Source of the DNA: an uncultured Nitrospinaceae bacterium
GTDB taxonomy: Bacteria; UBA8248
Direction: 5' to 3'
DNA length: 64,000 nt
NCBI GenBank assembly: GCA_964005815.1
Contig: CAXFSR010000017.1
Coordinates: forward strand, 192,001-256,000
In this document: one piece after another, positions 61,658-64,000 of the stretch
How positions within the stretch are numbered: the stretch's first letter is position 1
Layout of the letters: each line of letters opens with the position of its first letter
The notes under the pieces: generated by a model
The model's input: the letters and a program-made list of their open reading frames with translations, nothing else
Told to the model about the DNA's origin: nothing
The model's database searches: none
Program-made: the position numbers and the translations under genes

Positions 61658-64000
61658 CTATTCAAAATAAACAGAGCCAGAACCGACAAGACTAATAAGT
61701 TCAGCACTTAATTTTTCACAAGGCTCAACGACAAAATCAGGACCTGCCTCAACTAAAACTTCTTGATTTGACAAAGATACGGAAAGACAAACAGGACAAA
61801 CACCTGGAAAACGAGATAAAACCTCTTTAACCGCTTCTAGTTTATTAAATGAAAAATTATTTTCGTTAATTTGTAATACTACTTTTTTTGCATGATTTTT
61901 CTCTGCTTCACTTAAAAATTCAATAGATTGGACTATAACTTGTACTCTTTCATCTGAAGATTCGACATCACCAATAATTAAAACGGGCTCTTCACTCTCA
62001 AAAAAATTATAACAATTCTCAAAAACGTCTGGAAAAACTGTCATCTCAGAAGTCCCATCACAATCCTCAAGCGTAAAGTTAGCCATCCGCCGACCCATCC
62101 TTGTAGTTCTCGTCTTTGAAGAACGTATTAAGCCAGCCATACGTACTTTTTTTACTCCTGAAATCTGACTAAGATTTTGTGAGTTTGAATTAGTAAATCG
62201 AGTTATTGTAGATTCCCAATCATCTAAAGGGTGGCCTGAAACATAAAACCCCAAAACTTCTCTCTCATAAACAAGACGTTCTTTATCTGACCAATCTTCT
62301 ATCTGAGAACCTTGAACTTGAAAATCTTCTGAACCATCGGATGAAAAAAGAGACCCTTGTCCAACAGCTATACTCTTCTGCCTTCTAGAGGCAACTTCAA
62401 GAGTTTGTTCAAGAGAATCTACTGCCCTTGCTCTATTCTCAATTACCGAATCAAATGTACACGCCTTAATTAAACTTTCTATAGATCTTCTATTAAAATC
62501 TTTATAGTCAATCCGACAACAAAATTCTTCTAAGGATTTAAATCGGCCATCAAACTCCCTATTCTTAATAATAGAATCAACTAAAGATGTCCCAACATTT
62601 TTTACCGCTGCCAATCCAAATCTAATTGAATTATCTTCAACAATAAAATCTTTCATGCTGACATTTATATCAGGCGGGAGAACAGGGATATTCATTTGAC
62701 GGCATTCAGCGATATCTTTAATTACTTTATCGGGATTATCAGAATCACAGGTTAATAAAGCAGCCATAAACTGTTGAGGATAATGTGTTTTCAAATAGGC
62801 GGTTCTATAGGCGATCAATGCATAGGCTGCACTATGACTTTTATTGAAACCATATCCCGCAAACTTCTCAATTTGACTCCACAATTCTTCCACTTTTTTT
62901 CTGTCATGATTACTTTTAAGGGCACCCTCTACAAAATCATTCATTTGTTCAGTCATAAGACTTTCATTTTTCTTACCCATTGCCTTCCGCAGAATATCCG
63001 CACGGCCAAGTGAAAAACCTGCAAGAATATTTGATATTTGCATTACCTGTTCCTGATAAACCATAACTCCATACGTACTCTCAAGGACTGGTATCAATTC
63101 TTCAAAAAAATAATCAAACTCGACACGTCCATGCTTTCTTTCAATAAAAGCGTCCACCATTCCACTATTCAAAGGTCCTGGTCGATATAAAGCAACCATC
63201 GCAATCAGGTCCTCAAAACTAGAGGGGGAGAGTTTCTTTAGATACTCTCTAATACCACCGCTTTCAAGTTGAAAAATCCCAGTAGTTTTGCCTTCAGAAA
63301 GAAGTGTAAATGTTTGACTATCATCAAGAGGCAACTCTTCAATATTAAATTTTTTGTCTTGCGAAGAAATTAAATTAATACACTTTTCTATTACCGTTAG
63401 AGTCTTTAATCCAAGAAAATCCATCTTCAACAAACCTAATGCTTCTATATCACTCATGTCATACTGACAAACAATCTCTCCACCTGAGGGTTTGTACAGA
63501 GGGACATAATCAGTTAATTCACTTGGTGCAATAACGACTCCTGCAGCATGAGTGCCTGCATGACGAATATTCCCTTCTAATTTTTGGGCAGTATCCATTA
63601 AATTACGTACTAATGGATCTTTTTTTAATGCATCCCTCATCCGTGGTTCCTTATCGACCGCATCTTTCAAGGTAATATTTAGTTCGTTAGGAATTAATTT
63701 TGCTATACGATCTACTTCTCCATAAGGAATTCCCATTACACGACCTACATCACGAATAACACCCCTAGCAAGCATACTTCCAAATGTGATTATTTGAGAA
63801 ACATTGTCTGATCCGTATTTCTCTTGAACATATCGTATAACTTCGTCTCTTCTTTCAACACAAAAATCAATATCGATATCTGGAGGGCTAACACGCTCAG
63901 GATTTAAAAAACGTTCAAACAACAATCCATATGAAATTGGGTCAATGCCGGTTATTCCTAAGGCAAATGCTACAAGGCTCCCTGCAGCCGAACCTCTCCC
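61658..64000 (-). CDS. dnaE: DNA polymerase III alpha subunit (5' part outside window)
   Basis: FERFLNPER..PDIDIDF, HAAG, KMDFLGL, YGFNKSH; frame continues to the window edge (GRGSAAGS). Confidence 0.97.
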   Translation of the reverse strand, partial: GRGSAAGSLVAFALGITGIDPISYGLLFERFLNPERVSPPDIDIDFCVERRDEVIRYVQEKYGSDNVSQIITFGSMLARGVIRDVGRVMGIPYGEVDRIAKLIPNELNITLKDAVDKEPRMRDALKKDPLVRNLMDTAQKLEGNIRHAGTHAAGVVIAPSELTDYVPLYKPSGGEIVCQYDMSDIEALGLLKMDFLGLKTLTVIEKCINLISSQDKKFNIEELPLDDSQTFTLLSEGKTTGIFQLESGGIREYLKKLSPSSFEDLIAMVALYRPGPLNSGMVDAFIERKHGRVEFDYFFEELIPVLESTYGVMVYQEQVMQISNILAGFSLGRADILRKAMGKKNESLMTEQMNDFVEGALKSNHDRKKVEELWSQIEKFAGYGFNKSHSAAYALIAYRTAYLKTHYPQQFMAALLTCDSDNPDKVIKDIAECRQMNIPVLPPDINVSMKDFIVEDNSIRFGLAAVKNVGTSLVDSIIKNREFDGRFKSLEEFCCRIDYKDFNRRSIESLIKACTFDSVIENRARAVDSLEQTLEVASRRQKSIAVGQGSLFSSDGSEDFQVQGSQIEDWSDKERLVYEREVLGFYVSGHPLDDWESTITRFTNSNSQNLSQISGVKKVRMAGLIRSSKTRTTRMGRRMANFTLEDCDGTSEMTVFPDVFENCYNFFESEEPVLIIGDVESSDERVQVIVQSIEFLSEAEKNHAKKVVLQINENNFSFNKLEAVKEVLSRFPGVCPVCLSVSLSNQEVLVEAGPDFVVEPCEKLSAELISLVGSGSVYFE

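Noticed and set aside
1..64000. CRISPR arrays, tRNA/rRNA genes, IS elements, prophage
   Set aside because: No regularly spaced repeats, cloverleaf-like segments, transposase or phage genes seen; intergenic gaps are short.

Overview
AT-rich, gene-dense bacterial chromosomal segment from a diderm (TolC, ExbBD). Gene order (rplM-rpsI-argC-argJ-rpsB-tsf-pyrH-frr-uppS-cdsA-dxr; dnaK-cbpA-hspR-grpE-dnaJ) resembles Nitrospinota/Nitrospirota/deltaproteobacteria-like lineages; this taxonomic placement is inference. Most of the window is housekeeping, mainly on the minus strand. I saw no tRNA, rRNA, CRISPR array or transposase. Accessory highlights: (1) a B12-binding-like radical SAM gene whose apparent TGA stop reads W-F-C-(UGA)-A-E-P and is followed by a SECIS-like hairpin, so it is a probable CUAEP-tail selenoprotein that the ORF track truncates; (2) a molybdoenzyme complex with an Fe-S/NrfD fusion, no Tat signal on any subunit, a TorD chaperone lacking a canonical start, and a convergent partner ORF; (3) umuDC inserted divergently in front of recA, with a repeated ACTTTCGT / TTCG-N7-TTCG motif over both promoters, a candidate undescribed SOS operator; (4) tandem variant HAIR operators over the dnaK promoter; (5) frequent TTG/GTG starts plus apparent CTG and ATT starts. 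All calls come from motif recognition; no searches were run.
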